From NCBI GenBank assembly GCA_964359695.1, contig CAYHUV010000002.1:1-28296 (forward strand): DNA of 28,296 nt, in the 5' to 3' direction. Source of the stretch: Candidatus Woesearchaeota archaeon. GTDB lineage: Archaea; Nanobdellota; Nanobdellia; SCGC-AAA011-G17; GW2011-AR17. Below the pieces are notes generated by a model that did no database searches, was not told where the DNA came from, and saw nothing but the letters and a program-made list of their open reading frames with translations. Of this stretch, positions 1 through 8,311 are shown one piece after another. The first letter of the stretch is position 1, and every line of letters begins with the position of its first letter. The translations under genes were made by a program, and so were the position numbers.

Positions 1-789
1 TTTTCTTTTTATAGAAAATGTATTAGATGCCACAGTAGAAATAATCCCCCTATTTCCTTCAGCAATGATATTAAGCTTAAACTTTTTACCTTCAATATCA
101 TTAGGAATTTTCAATGTAAACTTACGAGTACTAAGGATTTTCTTAATAACATAAATATCCTCGGAAGTTTCAAGATTTGCAATGAAGATTCTAAAATTAT
201 TAACTGTATCAGGATGATTAAAATTAAAAGTCACTTCTATTTCTTCTCCTTGTTCTAACATTGGTTTGATAGGATCAATCGTGAAAACTTTTGGTACTGC
301 TGGTCTAATAGCAAATGGATCAGAAGCTTTTGCTCCTAAATCATTTCCAGACGCATCAACAATTCTAATGCCAATAACACAAGTATCTGAAGCATCACTT
401 GTCTTAGAACGAAAGTTAAAATCTCTTCTATCATAAAAAAGTATTCCTCTCTGTTGAAAATCACTCAGTGCAGGACTTGGCACTTTCGCAAATTCTATAA
501 GGATTTGATCTCCTTCATACAATTGCCCTCTTGTAATCTTAAATCGTACTGGAGCAGAAGCACCAGGTTCAATATCAGGAATTATTTCAATAGCAATTTC
601 AATAGTTTCTGTTGTAAACATATCTGCTGGCAATGGAATTTTCTGTACTATATCTATAGTACTCCCATCACTTTTTCTTAACCTCTCCACAAAATTCAAA
701 TCACCTGGTTCTGTAACTGGGCTTCCAGTAATATTTTTTCTATTAAGAAAAACTCCTTTTTGTACTTCTTGAATTTCTTCTTCTGCCAT
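1..789 (-). CDS. Hypothetical protein with probable Ig-like beta-sandwich domains; 3'-truncated by the window edge (missing from the ORF track)
   Basis: ATG at 789-787 directly follows the TAA (792-790) of the upstream gene. The frame is open for 263 codons to the edge: MAEEEIQEVQKGVFLNRKNITGSPVTEPGD...GEEIEVTFNFNHPDTVNNFRIFIANL...FKLNIIAEGNRGIISTVASNTFSIKRK. Alternating beta-strand pattern. Confidence 0.8.
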   Translation of the reverse strand, partial: MAEEEIQEVQKGVFLNRKNITGSPVTEPGDLNFVERLRKSDGSTIDIVQKIPLPADMFTTETIEIAIEIIPDIEPGASAPVRFKITRGQLYEGDQILIEFAKVPSPALSDFQQRGILFYDRRDFNFRSKTSDASDTCVIGIRIVDASGNDLGAKASDPFAIRPAVPKVFTIDPIKPMLEQGEEIEVTFNFNHPDTVNNFRIFIANLETSEDIYVIKKILSTRKFTLKIPNDIEGKKFKLNIIAEGNRGIISTVASNTFSIKRK

Positions 790-3700
790 TTACAATAACC
801 TCGATTGTGGTGTTCCCATTGGCGTTCTAGGATGACTGAAATTAATATCAAGAGATCCAGTTCTTTGTAAATAAGGTGGGCAAATAACAGTTATGTTTAA
901 TCTATGTGTTTCTCCTGCTTTTCCTGCAACTCTTCCTCCTCCAAGATCAATTCTCAATTCTGTAGGAAGTTGTCCTGTGTTATTTGTTGTATAAACAGTT
1001 CCAATAATATTAACTGGATATGGATGAACATCTCGAATACCAATAACAGCACCATTAATATTATTTCCACTAACACTATCAAACACAACAAAATTCATGA
1101 GCATATATTTATTTGCAGGTTCAGGTACCCAATTGACTGTCACTCTCATATGTTTTTGAGACGTAACACGAATATTAAAATTACCATTAACAGGTGCATA
1201 GCCTCCTCGAGTTGTACTTGCAATTACATCAAATTGATAATCTCCAGGAGTAACAGCAGCAGTAGGAGCAAATGCAGATCTTATAACTGCAGGCGGTCCA
1301 GCTACAAATAAAGGGGGAAAGAAACCTGTAGGTAATCTTCCTCCAGCAAGATTTGTAACAGTGAAATTTACACCTGGTATAGGACTCCCAGTTCTATCAT
1401 CAACAGCAACAAAATCAATATTGATGCTATCACCAATTCTTACTTCTGTTGCGCTTGGAGTAATTGTCATTCGCATCTGTGGTGGCTCAACATTTATAGT
1501 GACAGGAGCAATAGGAGTTGTTAAAATATAACCTGCAGGTATTGTAAGATTTATTCTATAAACAAAAGGAGTTGGTGTAGTTACAGCAGGTGCTCTAAAA
1601 TCAGTTCGGAATTCTCCACTAGCATTTAGTCTTCCTATAGCACCACTAAGGTTTGTATTTGGAGTAACAGAGATTGCTGCACCAACAAGAGGAGCACCTG
1701 TATTATCTTCTACAAGTACATTTATTCTTGCATCTTCTCCAGAACGTAATGGTCTTGTTAATGGATTTCCTGCAGCATCTTGTACAACAACAATAGTTCG
1801 TAGAGGTAATGGTGCCAGAACAATAATATTAAAATTTTGATTAGGCGGATTTTGATATCCAACTGCACGCACTTCTATTTCAAAAGTGTAATTTCCTGGA
1901 GTAGCTGGAGTAAAAGCAATACTAAGAATTCCTGTTGCACCAGTTCTTCTATTTGCGAAAAGTGTTCTATTTACCGTAGCAGTAACTTGAGCATCAACAG
2001 GAACTGTGCTTCCAGCTCTTGTAACTGTAACAACAACATTTTCTGTTGCTCCTTGTCTCATAGGAGAAATAGGTTGTGTAATTCCAACATTCAATTGTGG
2101 AAGATCCTCAACTTCAATATCTAAATATTCTATAGCATCATTGTATCCAGCAAGGCTTGCTTGAATAACAAATCTTTGTGTTCCAATCTGTGCAGCTGTA
2201 GGCCGGAAAAGACCCATGTAACGCCCAGCACCTCTTCTAATAGGAGTGCTAACACCAACAGCAGGAGTAATAGTAATTGTTGCAGTATCAATCATTCGAG
2301 CAGCTACTGCTCCAACAACAGGAACACGAACAAAAAGTTCAATATCAACATTTTGTCCAATACGCACAGGAACAAGAGGAGTTCCAGTAATAACTGTTCC
2401 TCCAACACGCCCACTATGATTAAATATTTCTAAGTTCTCTCGTCTAGGATTATTCACTAGGATAGCACCAGGCACAGGAGCAGGATTCGCAAAACCAGCA
2501 GCAGTGACAGCAATTTCAAAATTGTATGTTCCTGCAGCTGTAAAAGCAGGAGTTCGTATCGTTACCACACCAGGTCTTCCTACAGCAGCAGGAGCACCTG
2601 GAGTAGCAGGAATTCTTCTTCCATACCAGGATCTTCGTGCAGGAGTTGCTGGAATGGCAATAAGACCAGGACTTCCTCCAGCAGTTGTTCCACGTAATGG
2701 CCCAAGGCCAGGGGTTCTAGGGAAAATGATTTCTACATTCGCACCATTTATACCATTAACACCATCATCAACTTCAACAACAATATCAACAAAATTTCCG
2801 ACATCAATAGCTGTACCGGGAGCTGGAGCAGGATTTATGACATTCAATGCACCCATTGCTCCAATATTTATTGCTCTATCAGGAATGACAGTTGCAGGAT
2901 TAATTTCTGCATGAGTAAGTTCTATGTGCAATTGTGAATTCCCAGCAACATTTGGAGCAGTATATACAACACGCAATACTCCAAATGCATCACTCGTTCC
3001 TGTCGCAGGAGCAATGATCCCATTATTCACTCGTATAATAGTAAAATTTGCTCCAGCCAGAGGAACATTTCTCAACAATCTTCTTCTTCGATATGCAGTC
3101 AAAACAAAAGGAGTCACACTTCCAGGAGCGACAACAATAGGCGCTCCAGCTACTGCAAGATTTCCTACATTTTGTGCACCTGCTTGTAAGTTTAAAACTA
3201 ATCCCCCATTTCCTCTTCCTGGACCTGGTGCACCACCACCTCTACCAAACAATCCTCTTATCCATCCCCATATTACTCGTAAGGCATATCCTATTCCACC
3301 AAATATATAACCCCAAAGATCCCAAAAAATAAACCGTGCAATTCTTCCTAATACTTGCCTTAATACAGGAAACTTATATAATAAATATAACAATAAAATA
3401 AATAATGCAACTATCCCTAACCAAGAAAGCACAGACAATAATCCAGCAAGTGGGCCTAATCCAAAACTTAATACTCCTCCAAGAAGTGATCCTAACAATC
3501 CTAAAAACGCAGCAATTCCTAAAACCAATAATAATCCCCATAACCAAGAACCACCAAAGCCTGCTCCACCAGCACCCGCTCCTCCTCGAAATCTACTAAA
3601 AAGAAGAAATAAACCACCAATCAATAGTCCTATAAAAAACAAACTCCACAGAGGGCTTAAAGAAGAAAAGAAGAAATAATTTACATCAGAAAAGAATTCA

Positions 3701-4191
3701 TCAAAAAATCCTCCTACATAAGGAGTGCTACCTAATCCAACACCAAATGCATCTGTTGATCCAAGAGCAAACAACAAGAACAGTGTCGCAATCAGAGCAA
3801 GAAAGAATCGTATCCAAGAAAATTTATCTTTCTCTTCTTTCACAAACACTCCGGAGAGTTTATAGAAGATAATGAAAGGAGCAATAGCCATGATAACCCA
3901 ACCAAAGTTTTCTATCCAAGAATCAGGAGTAAATCGTAAGGTAAAAAAAGCAAGCAACAAAGAAAACATATTCGCAAGTTTTTCTTGTTCTTTCGTGAAC
4001 ACAGATTCCTTTGTAACTTTAACAAAAATAATGAATACCAGCATTGCATAGGCAATCTTCAGAAACAAAATACTCTCATCACTAGTGCCAAAAATAAGGT
4101 CTAAAAATGTTTTCGCAGCTAATACTCCTGGTAGGGAGAGAATCAATACTAAAGCAATCAGTCCAAACAAACCTCTTTTCATTACACCCAT
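790..4191 (-). CDS. Large membrane-anchored protein (1133 aa): signal peptide, multi-TM N-terminal region, Gly-rich linkers, ~800 aa of tandem Ig-like modules; putative adhesin/surface protein
   Basis: N-terminal hydrophobic signal followed by roughly 7-9 hydrophobic helices. Recurrent motifs resemble Big_1/invasin-type folds: VEVDDGVNGINGANVEI, VLVEDNTGAPLVGAAISV, VAVDDRTGSPIPGVNFTV, VVFDSVSGNNINGAVIGI. Confidence 0.75.
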   Translation of the reverse strand: MGVMKRGLFGLIALVLILSLPGVLAAKTFLDLIFGTSDESILFLKIAYAMLVFIIFVKVTKESVFTKEQEKLANMFSLLLAFFTLRFTPDSWIENFGWVIMAIAPFIIFYKLSGVFVKEEKDKFSWIRFFLALIATLFLLFALGSTDAFGVGLGSTPYVGGFFDEFFSDVNYFFFSSLSPLWSLFFIGLLIGGLFLLFSRFRGGAGAGGAGFGGSWLWGLLLVLGIAAFLGLLGSLLGGVLSFGLGPLAGLLSVLSWLGIVALFILLLYLLYKFPVLRQVLGRIARFIFWDLWGYIFGGIGYALRVIWGWIRGLFGRGGGAPGPGRGNGGLVLNLQAGAQNVGNLAVAGAPIVVAPGSVTPFVLTAYRRRRLLRNVPLAGANFTIIRVNNGIIAPATGTSDAFGVLRVVYTAPNVAGNSQLHIELTHAEINPATVIPDRAINIGAMGALNVINPAPAPGTAIDVGNFVDIVVEVDDGVNGINGANVEIIFPRTPGLGPLRGTTAGGSPGLIAIPATPARRSWYGRRIPATPGAPAAVGRPGVVTIRTPAFTAAGTYNFEIAVTAAGFANPAPVPGAILVNNPRRENLEIFNHSGRVGGTVITGTPLVPVRIGQNVDIELFVRVPVVGAVAARMIDTATITITPAVGVSTPIRRGAGRYMGLFRPTAAQIGTQRFVIQASLAGYNDAIEYLDIEVEDLPQLNVGITQPISPMRQGATENVVVTVTRAGSTVPVDAQVTATVNRTLFANRRTGATGILSIAFTPATPGNYTFEIEVRAVGYQNPPNQNFNIIVLAPLPLRTIVVVQDAAGNPLTRPLRSGEDARINVLVEDNTGAPLVGAAISVTPNTNLSGAIGRLNASGEFRTDFRAPAVTTPTPFVYRINLTIPAGYILTTPIAPVTINVEPPQMRMTITPSATEVRIGDSINIDFVAVDDRTGSPIPGVNFTVTNLAGGRLPTGFFPPLFVAGPPAVIRSAFAPTAAVTPGDYQFDVIASTTRGGYAPVNGNFNIRVTSQKHMRVTVNWVPEPANKYMLMNFVVFDSVSGNNINGAVIGIRDVHPYPVNIIGTVYTTNNTGQLPTELRIDLGGGRVAGKAGETHRLNITVICPPYLQRTGSLDINFSHPRTPMGTPQSRLL

Positions 4192-4322
4192 TTAACTCTC
4201 CTATATATATAAATGTTTTTGTTGGTTTCTTCTCTTCATCAACTTGCTAAGCCAAAATATCCAAAAAGTATTAATTTCTCTTAAACTTTACATTTAAATA
4301 GAATGAGTAAACAAAAAAGACT

Positions 4323-4667
4323 ATGCGACCCTTACAAGATCTAATAGATGATAGAATTTTTGTCATTGGAAGACTCCGTGAACTGCTCGAAGATGTTTGT
4401 GCCCTTCCTGGATATTACAATCCAGAAAAACCTCAAGGCATATTATTTTGCAGAGAACAAACAAAAATTCTTCAAGTCTATGATGCTCCAAGTGAATTTC
4501 GGAAAGAAAGTCATGTACTTGTTGTAGAGAAATGGGGGAATTACCCTTCAGATTCTCTTATCTTTGAAGTTCTCAGCCAGATAGAAAAAGAAGATATTCT
4601 TCATAATAATCACAAACCAGCAAATGCAAAGAGAAGATATGGTCTTTTTCGTATTTGTTACCAATAG
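4323..4667 (+). CDS. Hypothetical protein (114 aa)
   Basis: ATG ORF preceded by an AT-rich TATA-like stretch; normal composition; no recognisable motif. Confidence 0.55.
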   Translation: MRPLQDLIDDRIFVIGRLRELLEDVCALPGYYNPEKPQGILFCREQTKILQVYDAPSEFRKESHVLVVEKWGNYPSDSLIFEVLSQIEKEDILHNNHKPANAKRRYGLFRICYQ

Positions 4668-4697
4668 ATTTTTAAAGAAACATTCTACAAAAAGCCT

Positions 4698-4949
4698 ATG
4701 TTTGAGATCAAAGAATGCAAAACTAAAGGAGGCTATACTGTGAAGCCAACAAAGAACTTAAAATTAGACTTTGCAAAAATAAAAAAGCACTTCAAAGTAA
4801 TTTTTGATAGCCCTATTGCTTTAGTAATTCAAGAGGGCGATGTAGAAATAGTTATTCATAAATATGGAGAACTCCTTGTTAAAAGATGTAAGGACACAAA
4901 ATTAATCGAAACGCTTGCTCGGAGGATTTACAATGAAAGTCCATTATGA
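4698..4949 (+). CDS. Small conserved-looking hypothetical protein (83 aa) upstream of the sulfur carrier
   Basis: Overlaps and is coupled to the ThiS-like gene; alpha/beta pattern. Confidence 0.7.
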   Translation: MFEIKECKTKGGYTVKPTKNLKLDFAKIKKHFKVIFDSPIALVIQEGDVEIVIHKYGELLVKRCKDTKLIETLARRIYNESPL

Positions 4950-5124
4950 TCGTGAGAATAAAACAATAGAAACAAAATCAAAAACAGTAAAAGATCTGTT
5001 AAAAGAATTAAAGATAACTAGAAATTCTGTAATAGTCGTAGTAAATAATGAAGTTGTGACAGAAGAGTATAATTTTAAAACAACCGACAAAATAAATATT
5101 CTATCAGTCGTTTCAGGGGGATAA
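4933..5124 (+). CDS. Ubiquitin-like sulfur carrier (ThiS/MoaD/SAMP/TtuB family)
   Basis: Beta-grasp pattern ending in the diglycine VVSGG. The likely start ATG 4933 lies 7 nt after GGAGG (4921-4925). Adjacent to a TtuA-family gene. Confidence 0.9.
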   Translation: MKVHYDRENKTIETKSKTVKDLLKELKITRNSVIVVVNNEVVTEEYNFKTTDKINILSVVSGG

Positions 5125-5156
5125 GCTTTATAAATAGACTATAGCCCAAAAATTCT

Positions 5157-6062
5157 ATGTGCCATGCCTGCAAGACAAGACCTGTATTCAACTTAAGCTC
5201 TGGTGAACAGCTTTGCAAAAAATGCTTCATAAAATATTTTGAAAAGAAAGTACGAAAAACTCTTCGAGTTTACAAATTAATAGATAAAAAAGATGAGATA
5301 GCAGTCGCAATCTCAGGAGGAAAAGATTCCCTGACAGTCATGGATATTTTATATAATATCTATAAAGACAATAAAAAGATCATGATTAAAGCATTAATGA
5401 TTGATGAAGGGATTAAAGGATATAGGGATGAATGCATTGCTCCAACTAAAAAATTCTGTAAAGAAAGAAATATCCCACTAGAAATAGTTTCATACAAACA
5501 AGAATTTGGGTTTACACTAGATCAAGTGGTCAAAGGTAGAAAACCTTGTTCTGTCTGTGGTGTCTTAAGAAGAAATCTTTTGAACATATATGCAAGAAAA
5601 TTAGGCGTAAAAAAGCTTGCGACAGGCCACAACCTTGATGATGAAGCACAAACAATTATCATGAATCAGTTTAGAAAGAATATTGAAGCCTCAGCTCGTC
5701 TTGGTCCTATGAATGGAATAGAAGATCATGAATCTTTCGTTAGAAGAATCAAGCCTTTGTATTTTATGTCTGAAAAAGAAATTATGACTTATGCTTTCAT
5801 TAAAGGATTAACAAGAGATTTTAATGAATGTCCATACAATGGCGAAAGTTATAGAAATCAAGTAAGAGAAATGCTAAATAATTTTGAAGAACTTTATCCA
5901 GGAACAAAACATTCAATTGTCAATTCTTTCATGGAAATACTGCCAGTATTACAAAAAAAAGAAAAAAAAGGGAAAATTAAATCCTGTATACAATGCAAAG
6001 AGCCTAGTTCTCAAGATTTATGCCAAAAGTGCGTAGTCTTAAAGCAGCTCAAATTTTCCTAA
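5157..6062 (+). CDS. ncsA: tRNA 2-thiolation protein, TtuA/NcsA/Ctu1 family
   Basis: N-terminal CxxC...CxxC zinc finger, PP-loop SGGKDS, CSVC, TGHNLDDEAQT, CPY and a C-terminal CxxC...CxxC. Confidence 0.92.
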   Translation: MCHACKTRPVFNLSSGEQLCKKCFIKYFEKKVRKTLRVYKLIDKKDEIAVAISGGKDSLTVMDILYNIYKDNKKIMIKALMIDEGIKGYRDECIAPTKKFCKERNIPLEIVSYKQEFGFTLDQVVKGRKPCSVCGVLRRNLLNIYARKLGVKKLATGHNLDDEAQTIIMNQFRKNIEASARLGPMNGIEDHESFVRRIKPLYFMSEKEIMTYAFIKGLTRDFNECPYNGESYRNQVREMLNNFEELYPGTKHSIVNSFMEILPVLQKKEKKGKIKSCIQCKEPSSQDLCQKCVVLKQLKFS

Positions 6063-6383
6063 TAACTGTTCCAATTCTTTATTTATTTCTACAGTATCAC
6101 AGAAACCAAGAAAAGATTTATTGAATCCATACCATTGTTCTATTTCTTGTTTGAAGAAATGGCTAATATTGCTGGTCATAACCCTATCAAATAACACATC
6201 ATACACTTCTTCTAATTCTTTTCCATAGAGTTTTTTTGCTTCTACACTAAGAAAATGCAAATAACCCTGATGTAATTCCATTTTCTTTGCTTTTTCAAAA
6301 TAAAAAGCTACAGGGTTGCTTGGTTTTTGTATAAGCCTTACTTCGAGGTCATAATTTTCTTCTAACATTTTTTGCTCCTGCAT
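6039..6383 (-). CDS. Hypothetical protein (114 aa or more; 5' end uncertain)
   Basis: Plausible composition. The frame stays open 14 codons upstream of the ATG (QISSVKSKKDIARA) up to a TAG. Confidence 0.6.
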   Translation of the reverse strand: MQEQKMLEENYDLEVRLIQKPSNPVAFYFEKAKKMELHQGYLHFLSVEAKKLYGKELEEVYDVLFDRVMTSNISHFFKQEIEQWYGFNKSFLGFCDTVEINKELEQLLGKFELL

Positions 6384-6723
6384 AGCTCTCGCTATGTCTT
6401 TTTTGCTTTTTACGCTGGAGATTTGCTATCTATAATTAACATCTTTCAACAAACAAAGTATTTGTTAGATGTTATGACTAGTCATCCAGCAATATTGCTA
6501 TTTAAGAAAAGTCTTTTAATAAAACTTTATCACAAAAAGTCGGAATATTTCCGAAAATTCCGAAAGATTTCCACTTTTCCCTCAGAAGATCATATTTAGC
6601 TAAATCTAAAGAATCTTAAAATTTGTAACAAAATACTTCGAATGTATAATCCCTATTATTACATAGATTACAGCAAGAAGTTTTATAAACCATTATGTTC
6701 TATAAGTCATAAAAGAAGTAAAA

Positions 6724-7095
6724 ATGATAAGCTGGGTCTACACAACATTTAGCATTTTAGATATTGTATTGCAATTAACAGTAGCATATTTCTCATTTAA
6801 AATTTATAACTTTCATAAATTATCGAAAGTCTGGCTTGCAGTACCTATTGGATTTGTTTTTATGGCAATGCGTCGTATAATTGCCTTATCATATAAAATG
6901 GGCTATTTCCAAAATTCTATAATTAGCATCCAATTCATTGATTCTATTTTTGTTCCTTTTATTATATCATTACTCTTAGTTTTTGGAATCTGGGCAATGT
7001 ATAATAATTTCCAGAACTTTGCTTTAATTGAGAAAGATGTCACCGAGAAAGTCAAAGAATATAAGAGTTCTAAGAAGAGAAAGAAAAGAAAATAA
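6724..7095 (+). CDS. Small membrane protein (about 3 TM helices, basic C-terminal tail)
   Basis: Three hydrophobic segments, then KEYKSSKKRKKRK. Confidence 0.7.
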   Translation: MISWVYTTFSILDIVLQLTVAYFSFKIYNFHKLSKVWLAVPIGFVFMAMRRIIALSYKMGYFQNSIISIQFIDSIFVPFIISLLLVFGIWAMYNNFQNFALIEKDVTEKVKEYKSSKKRKKRK

Positions 7096-7113
7096 TCTTT
7101 TCAAAGAGGAAGC

Positions 7114-7121
7114 TTTAAAAA
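7114..7121 (+). promoter_or_regulatory. TATA box of tRNA-Arg
   Basis: TTTAAAAA 26-33 nt upstream of the mature tRNA 5' end, preceded by a purine-rich BRE-like stretch. Confidence 0.55.
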
Positions 7122-7146
7122 CATAGTATTTTTAATTGCATACTAT

Positions 7147-7242
7147 GAGTCTGTAGCTCAGCTTGGATAGAGCGATAGGATTGCAATATCCCGCTAAAGC
7201 CTTCTAAGCTATAGGTCGAGGGTTCAAATCCCTCCAGACTCG
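7147..7242 (+). tRNA. tRNA-Arg(UCU) with a 21-nt intron at non-canonical position 28/29; no encoded CCA
   Basis: Acceptor GAGTCTG/CAGACTC, D stem GCTC/GAGC, T arm GAGGG-TTCAAAT-CCCTC. After removing 7177-7197 the anticodon arm is ATAGC-CTTCTAA-GCTAT (anticodon TCT at 7203-7205). Confidence 0.93.
7177..7197 (+). other. tRNA intron with a relaxed bulge-helix-bulge motif
   Basis: Central helix AGCG(7171-74)/CGCT(7192-95); 3-nt bulges ATA(7175-77) and AAA(7196-98); inner helix GGAT/ATCC. Cutting after the 2nd nt of each bulge regenerates a perfect anticodon stem. Confidence 0.88.
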
Positions 7243-7380
7243 CTTTATTTTATTCTCTTTTCATTAATTTTCATACACATAATAATTGCAGGAATATAAA
7301 AAATAGCTATTTTTGTTCAGACAATATCAACAGTATATCTAATGAATTAGAATAAAAATAATTAAAAATAAAAAATAAAT

Positions 7381-7587
7381 TTATTTGCAATGTGGGCACA
7401 TTGGCTTTACTAATTTTATCAAACCACCAAGAACAAGAAGTCCTCCAATAAAGATTCCCCAACTTAAAATATCCAATAGGCTGTTAACTAAAACAAGACC
7501 ACCTAAAATAATAAGTTTTCCTGCATGACATTTTCCACACATACCATGATGACACATCCCACCATTCATTTCTTTTTCTTTTGCCAT
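7381..7587 (-). CDS. Small two-TM membrane protein flanked by Cys/His motifs (68 aa)
   Basis: Start ATG 7587 follows a GAGGTGA RBS. Contains MCHHGMCGKCH, a hydrophobic hairpin and a C-terminal CPHC. Confidence 0.75.
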   Translation of the reverse strand: MAKEKEMNGGMCHHGMCGKCHAGKLIILGGLVLVNSLLDILSWGIFIGGLLVLGGLIKLVKPMCPHCK

Positions 7588-7733
7588 AAATAAAATCACC
7601 TCAAACGATTCCATGAAAGACAAGTATATATAGTTTTTCATTGTCTATGTTGAAAAAGCAAGATTTAAAAAGGATAAATAAATTGTAAAACTATCGTTTA
7701 ATGAGTTCTACACTTATTTACGAAGGAGTTAGA

Positions 7734-8174
7734 ATGAATACCATAAAAAATGGGGATAAAGTTAAATTAAATTACACAGGAAACTTTGATGATGGTACAG
7801 TTTTTGATAGTTCAGAAGGAAGAGAACCATTAGAATTTATTGTTGGTTCCGGGCAGATAATCAAAGGGTTTAATGATGCTGTTATTGGAATGAAGAAAGG
7901 GGAAGAGAAAAAATTTCATATTAAATCAGTAGATGCATATGGAGAGAAAAACACTCAACTATTACGAAAAGTTGCAAAGAATCTTTTGCCAGCAGATAGA
8001 GAACCACAAGTAGGAATGGTTCTGGGTTTAGTACGAGCAGATGGTATGCAAACAGAAGCGCGTATTGTAGAAATTACTGATGAGGATATTACCATTGATT
8101 TAAATCATCCTCTTGCAGGAAAGGATCTTACTTTTATTGTGAAAATTATAGAAATAGAATCGGCAAAGGATTAA
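7734..8174 (+). CDS. slyD: FKBP-type peptidyl-prolyl cis-trans isomerase (SlyD-like, no His-rich tail)
   Basis: GDKVKLNYTG...DGTVFDSS...PLEFIVG...DLNHPLAGKDLTF. The start at 7734 follows AAGGAG. Confidence 0.95.
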   Translation: MNTIKNGDKVKLNYTGNFDDGTVFDSSEGREPLEFIVGSGQIIKGFNDAVIGMKKGEEKKFHIKSVDAYGEKNTQLLRKVAKNLLPADREPQVGMVLGLVRADGMQTEARIVEITDEDITIDLNHPLAGKDLTFIVKIIEIESAKD

Positions 8175-8311
8175 TTTTTATTTCTTGGGGTATAAATAAT
8201 TTGAAAAAAAATTTACAATTGGTGGGATATATAATCATCTAAGAAGATTACAGAGGCAGGATATATTAGTAAAAATGAGCTATAAAAATAAAGTGATTGG
8301 GGAATTGCCAC

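Noticed and set aside
454-3599. Plus-strand ORFs at 454, 904, 1837, 2161, 2504, 2924 and 3405
   Set aside because: They are antisense shadows of the two minus-strand surface-protein genes, caused by biased codon usage.
6426-6467. Stop-codon reassignment to explain in-frame stops
   Set aside because: TAA, TAG and TGA all terminate clearly conserved genes in this window.
6372-6599. 75-aa plus-strand ORF
   Set aside because: It overlaps the minus-strand gene start and a structured/palindromic region, with no RBS or motif.
7178-7191. Reading the intron hairpin (TGCAA) as a tRNA-Cys anticodon arm
   Set aside because: The loop is 6 nt and would leave an impossible variable region. The Arg(UCU) arm is perfect after splicing.
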